Shown one piece after another: positions 40,488 through 51,022 of a stretch of 64,000 bases of DNA. Each line of letters begins with the position of its first letter. Within the stretch, counting starts at the first letter, position 1. Source of the DNA: Promethearchaeia archaeon (GTDB taxonomy: Archaea > Asgardarchaeota > Lokiarchaeia > Sigyniarchaeales > SOKP01); NCBI GenBank assembly GCA_029856145.1, contig JAHQWK010000002.1:32001-96000 (forward strand), in the 5' to 3' direction. The position numbers and the translations under genes are program-made. Under the pieces are notes generated by a model. The model did no database searches and was not told the origin of the DNA. It saw only the letters and a list, made by a program, of their open reading frames with translations.

Positions 40488-40787
40488 TCTTGTACCCTTT
40501 TATAAATTTATAAGATATGATTACTTCAATGAATTTCTCATGCAATTAATAATTTAATATTTACATAATAAAATTTATTATTTACCTTTTGATTTCTCGA
40601 TTTTTGGTTTTTCTGGAATTTAGAAATATTAAAGTTCAAATCTTAAAATTTTTTTTATATAAAATATTAAAAAATATGAAAATCTAAATTAAATCTTTAA
40701 ATTAAAAAAACTTCGAAAACTCAATTTTTAAATTTATTAACACTATTTTATTTATAATATAAAGTCATGATTAAATAAATTATATAG

Positions 40788-41648
40788 GTGATTAAGATCG
40801 CTTCATATGCGCTAATGTTCGATGCTCGTCCAGGCGGGGAAATTGTCCCAATTAAATGGAGTAAAGACAGTTTTATGCCAGACACTTCGATAATAGTTTT
40901 AGACGAGGGTAGTGAAAATGTATATTTATGGCATGGTACTAAACAAGGATTAGTAGCTCGGAGAACTGCTCTTAGACAAGCGGAATCGCTTAAAGGACAT
41001 GGATATACTGTTGGTAGAAGCATAATTGGTCGGGATATTAAAAGTATTAAAGAAATCGATGCACGAAAAGTGGGAAAAGTTCCAGAAGATACACAAATGG
41101 ATGAAGAACTTCAAGAAATATTAGATAGGAAATTTACTGAGTTAGATAATTTTATTATTACTTTTAAAGCTGGGGCAGTAAAACCTGTTGCTACCGTAAA
41201 GGCAGAACCAAAAGTAGAAGCGAAGCCCGTACCCTCTCCTTCTGTATCAAAACCAGTTAAAACAGAAACAACACCAGTGGTTTCAAAACCGGTTACACCC
41301 ATAAAACCAAAGGAAGCAGGTTCTGAATATGATGTAGCTGAACCAATGCCTTCAATTAAAACAGAGACAAAACCAGCACCAGCAATAAAAGTTTCAACAA
41401 CGAGTCTATTAACTGATGCGAAAGTAGCATTTGTTTTTTCAGCGATTTTAGAACATTATGATGACATTTGGATTTCAAAAAAGTCAGATGGGAGCTTTGC
41501 TGTTGAGCAAATGGACGGTCCAATATGCCAATTTTTGATAAAAAGCTCAAAATTAAATTTTACAGCTAATAGTTTTTCTGGTGTTGATCCTAAAATAAAA
41601 ACAGCAATTCAAAAGAAATTTATCGAACTCTCGAAAATTATAGGATAA
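40788..41648 (+). CDS. single gelsolin-like domain protein with Pro/Lys-rich linker
   Basis: SIIVLDEGSENVYLWHG...RRTALRQAESL matches the gelsolin-repeat pattern. Confidence 0.65.
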   Translation: MIKIASYALMFDARPGGEIVPIKWSKDSFMPDTSIIVLDEGSENVYLWHGTKQGLVARRTALRQAESLKGHGYTVGRSIIGRDIKSIKEIDARKVGKVPEDTQMDEELQEILDRKFTELDNFIITFKAGAVKPVATVKAEPKVEAKPVPSPSVSKPVKTETTPVVSKPVTPIKPKEAGSEYDVAEPMPSIKTETKPAPAIKVSTTSLLTDAKVAFVFSAILEHYDDIWISKKSDGSFAVEQMDGPICQFLIKSSKLNFTANSFSGVDPKIKTAIQKKFIELSKIIG

Positions 41649-41710
41649 ATTATAATTTTTATTATATTCTTTTTTATTATTATTAAGATTTTAGAAGAGT
41701 TATTCAAATT

Positions 41711-43468
41711 ATGAGATTCAATAAGTTATCACAGTTATTTTCAGAACTCGAAAGTACTACAAAAAGACTTGAAATGATTGATATATTATCTAAATTTTTT
41801 AAGGCGATCAAAGAAAGTAAAGATTTTGAAGATTTAGATAAAATCATTTATCTTTTACAAGGTCAACTAACCCCAAACATCAAACAATTCCCTAAAATGG
41901 GAATTGCTGAAAAAATGATAATCGAAGCATTATCTATACACTCTGGAGTCGATGCTAAAAGAATAAAGGAAGTCTTAGTAAAAAAAGGGGATATTGGGGC
42001 TGCTGCTGAATTAATTTTATCAAAAAAAAAGAAACAAAAATCATTATTTGATTATAATGAAAATGATGAAAGTCTTGGAACTTCTTTAAGAATTTCTGAA
42101 TTATACTCTGAATTAAAAAAAATTGCATTATCAGAAGGTGCTGGCTCGCACGATACAAAGCTAGGGATATTAAGAGGATTAATGAGAAAAAGTTCTCCAT
42201 TAGAAACGAAGTATTTACTTCGAATCATCACATCAACATTGAGAATAGGGGTTCAATCACCAACTATAATAGAAGGATTAGCTCTTGCTTTCACTGGCTT
42301 AAAAGAAAATAAAGATGTTATTGAAAGAGCATATAACTTATATCCAGATCTGGGTGAGATAGCAAAAATATTAGCAGAAAAAGATTTGGAGGAAGTAAAA
42401 AAGATCGATATTGAGTATGGAACACCTATTCTCAGTATGCTTGCTTCACGAGAGGTTTATACCGATTTCATTAGTAGGTTAGGTTCACCTTTCGTTGCGG
42501 AATACAAATTAGATGGAGAAAGGCTCCAAATTCATAAAACTGGTAATAATATAATCCTCTTTTCAAGACGTCTATTGGATATTTCAGATCAGTATCCTGA
42601 TGTTTGCCAGGTCATTAGAGAAAGTATACAAACCGAAAATGTGATATTTGAAGGTGAGGTTGTAGCAATGGACGCAGTCTACGAAAAGATGCTTCCTTTT
42701 CAAGTTTTAAGCCAGAGAAGACGAAAGTATGACATTGAAGATATAGCTAAGGAAGTTCCAGTATGTTTGTTTGTATTTGATCTCTTAAAATTTGGTAATG
42801 AATCATATGTTGATAAATCTCTTCCAAAACGAAGGAAAAAACTTGAAGAGATTGTTGAAGAGAGAGATGAATTAAGGTTAGTTAAATCTGTATTGATAAA
42901 TTCCATTGAAGAATTACTTGAATTCTTTAACAAAGCTAGAAAAGAAGGAACAGAAGGAATAATGGCAAAATCTTTTAAGGATGACTCAATTTACCAAGCC
43001 GGAAATCGTGGTTATAATTGGCTTAAATTAAAAAGTTTGGAAGGAGGAAAACTAAAAGATACTATCGATGTAGTCCTAGTTGGTGTTTTTTATGGAAAAG
43101 GTCGAAGAACAGGTGTATATGGAACATATATAGGTGCAGTTTATGATCCTAAGAATGATAATTTTATAGCTTTTACTCGTTTCTTTTCAGGATTAACTGA
43201 TGAATTATCTGAATCATTAACAAGGGATATGAAAGAATATAGTGTGGAAAAAAAACCAAAAAATGTCATTTGTGAAGATAAACCTGATGTATGGTTAAAA
43301 CCTGAGGTAGTAATGGAGATAACAGGAGATGAGATAACTATTAGTGATAAATATGCTACACTTGGATATTCTATGAGGTTTCCCGTCTTTCTAAGATTAC
43401 GTCCCGAAAAAAGTTCAAAAGATATCACAACTGTAGAGGAGATTAAAGAATTATATGAGACGCAATAA
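41711..43468 (+). CDS. lig: ATP-dependent DNA ligase
   Basis: EYKLDGER, FEGE, FDLL, EGIMAK, WLKLK, MRFPVF. Confidence 0.97.
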   Translation: MRFNKLSQLFSELESTTKRLEMIDILSKFFKAIKESKDFEDLDKIIYLLQGQLTPNIKQFPKMGIAEKMIIEALSIHSGVDAKRIKEVLVKKGDIGAAAELILSKKKKQKSLFDYNENDESLGTSLRISELYSELKKIALSEGAGSHDTKLGILRGLMRKSSPLETKYLLRIITSTLRIGVQSPTIIEGLALAFTGLKENKDVIERAYNLYPDLGEIAKILAEKDLEEVKKIDIEYGTPILSMLASREVYTDFISRLGSPFVAEYKLDGERLQIHKTGNNIILFSRRLLDISDQYPDVCQVIRESIQTENVIFEGEVVAMDAVYEKMLPFQVLSQRRRKYDIEDIAKEVPVCLFVFDLLKFGNESYVDKSLPKRRKKLEEIVEERDELRLVKSVLINSIEELLEFFNKARKEGTEGIMAKSFKDDSIYQAGNRGYNWLKLKSLEGGKLKDTIDVVLVGVFYGKGRRTGVYGTYIGAVYDPKNDNFIAFTRFFSGLTDELSESLTRDMKEYSVEKKPKNVICEDKPDVWLKPEVVMEITGDEITISDKYATLGYSMRFPVFLRLRPEKSSKDITTVEEIKELYETQ

Positions 43469-43476
43469 TTGATAAG

Positions 43477-44979
43477 TTATTTGTAAATTTTTAATCCTTT
43501 ATTTTGTAAATTTTTAAGAGATTCTGGTATTTTTCTAATAAAATTATTGAAGTTTAAATTAAGAACTTTTAATGATGAGAGATTGCCTATTGTGGTAGGA
43601 AGAGATTTTAAATTATTCCCCCATAAATTTAACTCTTCTAATGAAGAAAGAGAGTCTATCCATTCTGGAAGTATTATGAGATTATTCCAGCTCAAATCTA
43701 ATTTTTTAAGAGAATCCAAATTTTTAAATGGTTTTGGTAAGTATGTTAACTTATTATTCCTTAGAATTAATGTTTCTAAAGAATTTAGTACACCAATTTC
43801 ATCAGGAAGAAATTTTATATTATTATCATAAAGATTTAATTCTTCAAGTGAACTTAAATTGCTTAGTAGAGAAAAATCGAGGGTAATATTATTCCCTCCT
43901 AAACCTAAAGTCTTTAAAGATTGAAGATTATTAATCGAATCTGGAAGTAGCTTTAATTTATTTAAACCTAATTCTAATTTATTTAACGATTTAAATCCTT
44001 CCATTGATTCTGGTAAATTATTTAACTTATTTCCATGTAGATCCAGAATTTCTAATGAATTCAAATTAGAAATTTCATCTGGAAGAGATTTAATATTATT
44101 GTGTCTTAAATCTAGAGTCTTTAATTTCTTTAATTTTCCAATAGCGCTTGGAATTTCATTAATGTCATTGTATTTCAAATATAAGTATTCTAATGAATTT
44201 AAAGAACCAAAGGATTCAGGTAATCTCCTAAGATTATTATTACTTAGATCTAAATAAGTGAGATAATTAAGACTACCAATTGTTTTAGGTAATTTCGCGA
44301 TTCTATTGATTTTTAAATCTAATTTCTTAATATATTTAAGAGTTGTAATGAATTCAGGTAACTTTCTTAAAATTTTCCATCCAAATACATGAGTACTGAT
44401 TCCTGATAAGTCTAATGACGTTACTAACCCATCATTTAAGCTGTAACTAATATCATTGAATTCCTTTTTAAAATATTTTATTAGGATATAGTTGCTTAGG
44501 ATTTCTGAAAGTCGCTTATGTGTGAAATTATATATTTTCCCAGTATTAAATGTATTTTGTAGACTTTTATTAAATTGATAAATATCATTGTTTTTTATTT
44601 TATCAATTAAAAATGATTTAGCTTTGTCGTTATTTACTATACCTAGTGTAGAGACAATAGATATCAGACAATTTATGGAGGATTCATGTTGGAATGCCCA
44701 TTTCATTGGCTTTAATGCTTTTTCAATAAAATTTTGTCTGATAGCTTTTATTGCTGTATTTCTAACTTCTTCATGAGAATCAGATATTAAAAGATTTTCA
44801 AACAGATTAAAAACTTGTTCTTCTTTTGAACCAATTTTTACTAATATTTCAATACTTTCAATTCTTAAATTCGGATCATCGAAATTATTAATTAAGGCAA
44901 ATAATTGATTTATAGCAGATTGTTTTTCCAAATTTCCGTCTTTAAATTCTTTATAAATTAATCGGGGAGATATTTTCAT
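43477..44979 (-). CDS. HEAT-repeat + LRR protein
   Basis: FENLLISDS N-terminal motif and a long run of 23-aa LPxSIGxLxxLxxLxLxxN repeats. Confidence 0.92.
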   Translation of the reverse strand: MKISPRLIYKEFKDGNLEKQSAINQLFALINNFDDPNLRIESIEILVKIGSKEEQVFNLFENLLISDSHEEVRNTAIKAIRQNFIEKALKPMKWAFQHESSINCLISIVSTLGIVNNDKAKSFLIDKIKNNDIYQFNKSLQNTFNTGKIYNFTHKRLSEILSNYILIKYFKKEFNDISYSLNDGLVTSLDLSGISTHVFGWKILRKLPEFITTLKYIKKLDLKINRIAKLPKTIGSLNYLTYLDLSNNNLRRLPESFGSLNSLEYLYLKYNDINEIPSAIGKLKKLKTLDLRHNNIKSLPDEISNLNSLEILDLHGNKLNNLPESMEGFKSLNKLELGLNKLKLLPDSINNLQSLKTLGLGGNNITLDFSLLSNLSSLEELNLYDNNIKFLPDEIGVLNSLETLILRNNKLTYLPKPFKNLDSLKKLDLSWNNLIILPEWIDSLSSLEELNLWGNNLKSLPTTIGNLSSLKVLNLNFNNFIRKIPESLKNLQNKGLKIYK

Positions 44980-46469
44980 GAAAATTTAATAATTAGATCT
45001 GTTTTTCTTTCAAATTCTTTTAAAAATGATGGTAATTGTTCAAATCGGTTGAAACTTAGATCTAAGATTCTTAGATTAGATAATGACCTAATAGATTTAG
45101 GGAGTGATTCAAGTTGATTTCCCCATAGATTTAATTCTTCTAATAATGAAAGTTGACCAATCCATTCTGGAAGAAAAGAGAAGTTATTCCAGCTTAAATT
45201 AAGTTTTTTAAGATTTTTTAAATATTTTAAGGATTCTGGTAATTGGGATAAATGATTATTTCTTAAAACTAATATTTCTAATGAAGTTAGATTGCCTATT
45301 GAACTAGGTAATTTATTGATTTTGTTATCATATAAATCTAATACTTTTAATGGTTGAAATAAAGAAATCCATTTAGGAATTTTCTTTAATTTATTTCCAC
45401 TTACACCTAATCTTTCTAATAAAGTAAGAGATTTTATATTCGATGGAATTTCTAAAAAATTATTCCACCCTAATTCTAATTCTATAATCGAATTATTCAG
45501 TTTAAATTCAATTGAATTCAATTTATTTCCATGTAGATTTAAACTCTTAAGGTTCTTAAGTGACATTATCGATTTGGGGATTCGGGTCAACATGTTATTT
45601 CTTAAGTTCAAAGTTTGGAGTGATACTAGGTTACTTAGAGACTCAGGAAGATGTCTTAACCTATTAGATTTTAAGCTTAAACTTTTTAACGATTTTAATT
45701 TGTTAATAGATTCTGGAATAGTAATTAGCTTATTATAACTTAAATCTAAAGATATTATTGTATCTGATTCATTTGAGATTTCTGAAAGTTTTATTAGATT
45801 ATTAAATCTTAAATCAAGTTCTTCTAAATGTTTTAGATAGGATATTAAATCTAGAAAGTTTGATATGAAAATTCCCTGTGGATCAACATTTGTTAAATCT
45901 AATTTTGTTATATAACCTAAATTATTAAATTTATAATTAACAAATCCAAACTTAGCTTTTAAGGATTTGATGAAATAATAGTTTATTAATATATCCGCAA
46001 GAACTTGAATATTAAGACCTTCGATTTTGTTATTTCTGAAGATATCTTTTAAATTATATTTATTTTCTTGGTTATAAAAATAATTTAATTTTTCAACTAA
46101 AATTAATTTAGATTTCATATTATTAATCTTAGATAATGTTGAAATTATAGTAACAAGACAGATTATTGTTTTTTCATGTTCAAGAGCCCATTTCATCGGT
46201 TTTAATGCTCTTTCTAAAAAGAATTTTTGTATTAGAGATGCTGCCATATTCCTTATAACTTCACTAGAATCAGAGATTAAAAGATTCTCTAAAAGTTTAA
46301 ATATTTTATCATCCTTAGCCTGAATTTGTTCTAAAATCTTAATACTTTCTAATCTTGTATAAACATTATCAGTATTTTCAATTAGAGTAATTAATAATTC
46401 AAGAGCGGAGTCATAATCCAAATATTTTTTCTTTAAATCCTGATAAATTGAATTTGGAGTTAAGGGCAT
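44976..46469 (-). CDS. HEAT-repeat + LRR protein (tandem paralog)
   Basis: LENLLISDS motif and 23-aa LRRs; ATGA overlap with the next gene. Confidence 0.92.
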   Translation of the reverse strand: MPLTPNSIYQDLKKKYLDYDSALELLITLIENTDNVYTRLESIKILEQIQAKDDKIFKLLENLLISDSSEVIRNMAASLIQKFFLERALKPMKWALEHEKTIICLVTIISTLSKINNMKSKLILVEKLNYFYNQENKYNLKDIFRNNKIEGLNIQVLADILINYYFIKSLKAKFGFVNYKFNNLGYITKLDLTNVDPQGIFISNFLDLISYLKHLEELDLRFNNLIKLSEISNESDTIISLDLSYNKLITIPESINKLKSLKSLSLKSNRLRHLPESLSNLVSLQTLNLRNNMLTRIPKSIMSLKNLKSLNLHGNKLNSIEFKLNNSIIELELGWNNFLEIPSNIKSLTLLERLGVSGNKLKKIPKWISLFQPLKVLDLYDNKINKLPSSIGNLTSLEILVLRNNHLSQLPESLKYLKNLKKLNLSWNNFSFLPEWIGQLSLLEELNLWGNQLESLPKSIRSLSNLRILDLSFNRFEQLPSFLKEFERKTDLIIKFS

Positions 46470-46501
46470 AAATTAAATTTTTATATTAAATATTTTATTT
46501 C

Positions 46502-48046
46502 TTAAACTCTTTCAATTACCATTCCACCTAATCGAATAGGTCCGCCAGTAGCATTATAAATTTTTTCTGCTTTTCTTAATTTGGATTCACTATGGGAATA
46601 AATTCTAAATATAAGTTCCCCGTCTTTTATTTTTGCGCCTTGTTTTTTAATTATTTCCACACCAGAAGTTTTAGAGCTAGGGCATCCGGCTGTTTTTGCT
46701 ATTTGATTGATTATTGAGTTATTTACATCAACTATATATCCTTCTTTAGAACTAAAAAATTCCTTAATATTAGGACCTACTTTAACATCTTCTGGCGTAA
46801 TTTCTGGATCCCCGCCTTGAGCTGCAATTATTTTTTTCATCTTTTCATAAGCTTTACCAGATTGTAATATTTCTTTCGCCATAGTTTGACCCATACCTTT
46901 TTGAGCTTTACCGCTCATTTCAAGAAGCATACCTGCTAAATCGGTAGACTTTTCTATTAAAGAATTGGGTCCAGCAGAATAATCACGTAATAATATAAGT
47001 GCTTCTTTAGCTTCTAAAGCAGGACCTACAGCATGACCAATGGGCTGGTGAGCTAGTGTGAGTGCGCATTCTGTTTCAATTCCTACATTTGCAGCAATTT
47101 CTTTAAATAAATACGCAAACTGCCTTCCTTTAACAGGTGTTGCAAACTTTGTTCCTTCACCTACCGGTATATCAAGTACAAGTTTTTTAACCCCTAATGA
47201 AAGCTTTTTTGTTAGAATAGAAGGTATCATAAGGCCAACTGGATCCATATGCAAAGGACGCTCAATTTCTATTAATATATTATCTGCTGGTGCTGTTTCA
47301 AGTGCTCCGCCCCATATAATACACGCATTTTCTTCTGTTACAATTTTATTTAATTCTTCTGGAGTAAAAGCAACAGGAGCTAGTACTTCCATGGAATCTG
47401 CCGTACCGGAGGGTGATGTAATAGCTCTTGTTGAGGATTTTGGAATAGTTAGACCCGCAGCAGCAACAATTGGCACAATGATTAGAGAAACTTTATTTCC
47501 TGGAACTCCACCTGTGCTGTGCTTATCATAAACATCCATTCCAAAATAAAAAATCTCTCCGCTCCTAGTTTCTGATAGTGCTAAAGCTGTCATTTCTTCA
47601 TTATCCATCCCATTAATAGACACGCCTGTTATGAATGCTGCCAATTCTATTCGCGATAGGGATCCAGAAACCACATCTGAGATAATTCCATTTATTTCTT
47701 CACTAGATAATTTTAGCCCTTTTATTTTTTTTTTGATATATTTAAACGAATCGGGTGGATCAGCCGGTTTTACTGAAACTATTGTCTCGTTTTTTAATTC
47801 ATTTTTTTCTCTTAAGAGATTACGAAACACTCCAATTTCACCCGATTCAACAATAGTACCTAAGTAATCAATTTGAATTATTGCCACCCAATATTTTTCT
47901 TCAATTGATTTTGACTTTATATTCTTTACGAAGACACGTTCTCCTGCTTTTTGTCCTAATTCTTGAGCGTCACTGATATTTAACACAATGTCCTTAGCAT
48001 TTCCCGTTTCAAAATTGATTTCTTTAACTTTTAATTTCATTTTCAA
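46502..48046 (-). CDS. deoA: AMP phosphorylase (thymidine phosphorylase family, archaeal type)
   Basis: DKHSTGGVPGNK, PKSSTRAITSPSGTADSMEVL and the archaeal N-terminal extra domain. Confidence 0.92.
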   Translation of the reverse strand: MKMKLKVKEINFETGNAKDIVLNISDAQELGQKAGERVFVKNIKSKSIEEKYWVAIIQIDYLGTIVESGEIGVFRNLLREKNELKNETIVSVKPADPPDSFKYIKKKIKGLKLSSEEINGIISDVVSGSLSRIELAAFITGVSINGMDNEEMTALALSETRSGEIFYFGMDVYDKHSTGGVPGNKVSLIIVPIVAAAGLTIPKSSTRAITSPSGTADSMEVLAPVAFTPEELNKIVTEENACIIWGGALETAPADNILIEIERPLHMDPVGLMIPSILTKKLSLGVKKLVLDIPVGEGTKFATPVKGRQFAYLFKEIAANVGIETECALTLAHQPIGHAVGPALEAKEALILLRDYSAGPNSLIEKSTDLAGMLLEMSGKAQKGMGQTMAKEILQSGKAYEKMKKIIAAQGGDPEITPEDVKVGPNIKEFFSSKEGYIVDVNNSIINQIAKTAGCPSSKTSGVEIIKKQGAKIKDGELIFRIYSHSESKLRKAEKIYNATGGPIRLGGMVIERV

Positions 48047-48122
48047 TTCTCTATTATTTGATTATAATATAAATTAGAAGATTAGTACAAAAAAATTTAT
48101 TCATAAGTTTAGAATCTGTTTT

Positions 48123-48335
48123 TTAATCTTTATTTAACTCTACAAGCTCATCATTTCTTAAATAAACTTTAATTGTAGAAAGTTTCTTTCGATTCTTAAA
48201 ACATGCAGGACAAAATATGGGATCACCTGTTTAATCAGAATTAATTCTAATTTTATCTGTTGGAGAAATCCATTTCTCAAGTAGAATATAATCACATCTA
48301 TCACAAACAATAACATCAAAGCTAAAATTTCTCTT
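48123..48335 (-). pseudogene. zinc-ribbon gene remnant
   Basis: Own translation ...VIVCDRCDYILLEKW...NSD*TGDPIFCPACFKNRKK...; internal TAA at 48231-48233; no start codon. Confidence 0.5.
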
Positions 48336-48642
48336 TTACAAGATAGGAACCTATGATAACTATAGAATTTAATCGTAGAGATTCATTGTTAGAAGTTAGC
48401 CATCCTTTACATTTCTTAATGATTTTATGGGGAAGCAATGAGCTATCATGTTCAGCGATAATACTAAAGATATAACATACTGGAACACGAAATTTCATAT
48501 CACTTCCATAACCAAGTAATTTCTCCAATATTTTTGGAATTTTCTTAAACTGAGAAGTTTCCCAGAGGGAATCTAAATCTACTACAAGAGGATATATTTC
48601 CTCGAATTTTTTAAACTCTTGAGCTTGAAACATATTCTTCAA
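48322..48642 (-). CDS. HEAT/ARM-like protein, probably C-terminally truncated
   Basis: Helical repeats (FRVPVCYIFSIIAE; LTSNNESLRLNSIVIIG) ending abruptly in the remnant below. Confidence 0.5.
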   Translation of the reverse strand: MKNMFQAQEFKKFEEIYPLVVDLDSLWETSQFKKIPKILEKLLGYGSDMKFRVPVCYIFSIIAEHDSSLLPHKIIKKCKGWLTSNNESLRLNSIVIIGSYLVKEKF

Positions 48643-48648
48643 TTCCCA

Positions 48649-49539
48649 TTATTTATATTGTCTTTTAATTCTAAACTCCCTTTCAAGTTTCTGAAGTCGT
48701 TTTATATCATTATGGATCTGTATTATCGGGTCTTTGGAATAAGTACGCGGATTTTTTGAATCGAATCTCTTAATAAAATGTCTTAACTTTTTCTTCTCTC
48801 TTCTTAACGGTATACTCATCTTAGTTCTATTATAATAATGGCGATAAAGGGCTCCTGTTAGAAGAGTCGTAAAAATGATCAAAAGGAAATACGGGAAAAA
48901 CTGAAAGGGGTTATATTGGAGTATATCTAAGAAAGTAAATGAAGGCCAAAATACCTGAGATAATTTGATAACAAAAAAATCTGCTATTGCAATTAACACT
49001 AACATGGGTATATACTTCTTAGGCAAAAGTCTTATTGGAAAATGATATCTATCTGGAGCTAAAGACTCTTCTACTGTGGGCGTTTTGTAAGTACCTTCTC
49101 CTGCTTGAATGGGAGTTAAAGTCTCCTCCTTAACTGCTGAAACCTCTTCTACTTCTATTATATGTTCTGAATGGAGAATATCAATGAAATCTAAAAATGT
49201 TCTATGTTGGTCAATATCTGATTTAAAATGCCTAAATTTCTTTTTGAACTTACTCTCAAGGGAATCAATATCACTTATAATTTCGAACCGTTCATGAAAT
49301 TGATGTTTTAAATCTGTCTTTATGTCATAAATATTATCTGTAGAGTCTGGTGAATCTACTAATTTAGAGGTATCATCTATAAATTTGTCTATATTAAGCC
49401 AATATTTATAATATCCTCCATCTACCAGACATAATTGAAGGATTTCTTCAAATTCAATATCTAATAGTTCGGAAATCTTCTGAAGTCGTTCAAATAACGG
49501 ATCTGAAATAATAGTTTCTATTTTTGCCATTACCATCAA
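48649..49539 (-). CDS. hypothetical membrane protein (2 TM)
   Basis: Acidic N-terminal domain, two hydrophobic segments, basic tail. Confidence 0.7.
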   Translation of the reverse strand: MMVMAKIETIISDPLFERLQKISELLDIEFEEILQLCLVDGGYYKYWLNIDKFIDDTSKLVDSPDSTDNIYDIKTDLKHQFHERFEIISDIDSLESKFKKKFRHFKSDIDQHRTFLDFIDILHSEHIIEVEEVSAVKEETLTPIQAGEGTYKTPTVEESLAPDRYHFPIRLLPKKYIPMLVLIAIADFFVIKLSQVFWPSFTFLDILQYNPFQFFPYFLLIIFTTLLTGALYRHYYNRTKMSIPLRREKKKLRHFIKRFDSKNPRTYSKDPIIQIHNDIKRLQKLEREFRIKRQYK

Positions 49540-49588
49540 TTTTGTCTTCTAGTTATAGGATATATAATAAAAAATCAAGTAAAAATAA

Positions 49589-51022
49589 TTATGTGTTTTT
49601 CTCAATTTGATCATCTAACTTAACAACTTTAAATAATCTTACACAATGACTAAATGTGGTATGATTAACATTAATATTTAGTACGTCCTTCATTAACTGA
49701 CTAATGTCATTTTGGGATAAGTCTGGGTTTGTTAGCGTTATGCAGGTGGCAACAATTATAGGTTCTCGTGTCCGAAATCCAATCTCGTTCGCCATCTCAC
49801 ATATTTTCTCAATGCTATCGCCAATAGTTTTAGGCTTGGAGGCAATACGAAATAATTTATGGTTAAGGTTTAAAGATTTGATGTGATACCTTAGTATTCG
49901 AAAGATTTCCTTAGCATAATGGGAATCTAAATAGGGAAATTTACTGGCATATTGGGTAAAGGTTCCTTTATGACTTATTTTCTGGAATAAACAACTCAAA
50001 GAAGAACTCCCTGAAACATCTATTAGTCTCGAAATATCGACTAGTGAGGCTCTGGGGCAAGCGAAAGCAATAGATACTCCAACAATTCTTTTATGATCTC
50101 GTTTAATATTTCTTCGCTTCAATAATTTAATAAAGTAATTAATGTTCTTTCTAATGGTTTTTATATTCCTATGAATGAGAAATTCTGCTCTTGATAGTAG
50201 ATTATAGTTACTCTGTTTCTTAGTTATCCTTTCAATTATAATATTCAGCAATAGATGGGATCGCTCATTTAAATTTTTTGTCCATAGAGAAGATCTCTCA
50301 ATTAAAGGGGCAATAAGAGAAGTACTAGGGCAAGGCACTGGCTGAAATGTCATCAACGACACTAATTTTTTTCTTAATAAATATGCTGAATTAATGGGGG
50401 ATTGGAAATTGGGAATGTCTAATTTTGGGATAATATACTTATTTATTTTATTCGAAACTGAACCACTCGAAACGCAGATCCTTTCACAAATTTGGGCCAT
50501 ATTGATTGAAGTAATCCCTGAAACAATCAATGTTAAGACTAGAATAACGCCCGCACTAAGTTCTTCTGAGGTAAATTGGAGTAAGGGATAAAAATGGTTA
50601 TAGAGCAATTTAGCGTTATCAGTAAAATGGTGGTGCAAGTCAAAATAGCTTACAACATCCTCTATAATTGCAAAAACTAACCTAGAATTATCACGATTTT
50701 TAAAATCAAGATACAAAGGAATTAAATTTTTCATGTCTTTTACAAGTTGACTATAAGTTAAATCAAGATTCTGGGAGAATATATGCCTATTAACCACTAC
50801 AGCATTTACTTTTAAAAACATATAGAGAATAGGGGGAAACGCAAGATCTATATTGCGATATTTAGTATATCTCCTTATTTTCGAGTGTACTGTATTAAAT
50901 ACTGATATAAACTCTTCAAATAAATGACTGTATTGAATTTGGTCTATGTCGGTTAGAGTCTGGATAAATTGTTGCCTGAGTACATTATAATTATTCTTGT
51001 TAATTTGAATAGATTGAGTCAT
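49589..51022 (-). CDS. TFIIB/cyclin-fold repeat protein
   Basis: Repeated helical units such as SEELSAGVILVL...INMAQICERICVSSGSV and REPIIVATCI...SQNDISQLM; ATG at 51022 with GGTGA RBS. Confidence 0.55.
   Translation of the reverse strand: MTQSIQINKNNYNVLRQQFIQTLTDIDQIQYSHLFEEFISVFNTVHSKIRRYTKYRNIDLAFPPILYMFLKVNAVVVNRHIFSQNLDLTYSQLVKDMKNLIPLYLDFKNRDNSRLVFAIIEDVVSYFDLHHHFTDNAKLLYNHFYPLLQFTSEELSAGVILVLTLIVSGITSINMAQICERICVSSGSVSNKINKYIIPKLDIPNFQSPINSAYLLRKKLVSLMTFQPVPCPSTSLIAPLIERSSLWTKNLNERSHLLLNIIIERITKKQSNYNLLSRAEFLIHRNIKTIRKNINYFIKLLKRRNIKRDHKRIVGVSIAFACPRASLVDISRLIDVSGSSSLSCLFQKISHKGTFTQYASKFPYLDSHYAKEIFRILRYHIKSLNLNHKLFRIASKPKTIGDSIEKICEMANEIGFRTREPIIVATCITLTNPDLSQNDISQLMKDVLNINVNHTTFSHCVRLFKVVKLDDQIEKNT

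Noticed and set aside
35581-48046. RuBisCO plus AMP phosphorylase as a CO2-fixing nucleoside salvage cluster
   Set aside because: The RuBisCO homolog lacks K177, R295 and H327 equivalents (form IV). The genes are ~10 kb apart on opposite strands, and no ribose-1,5-bisphosphate isomerase is present.
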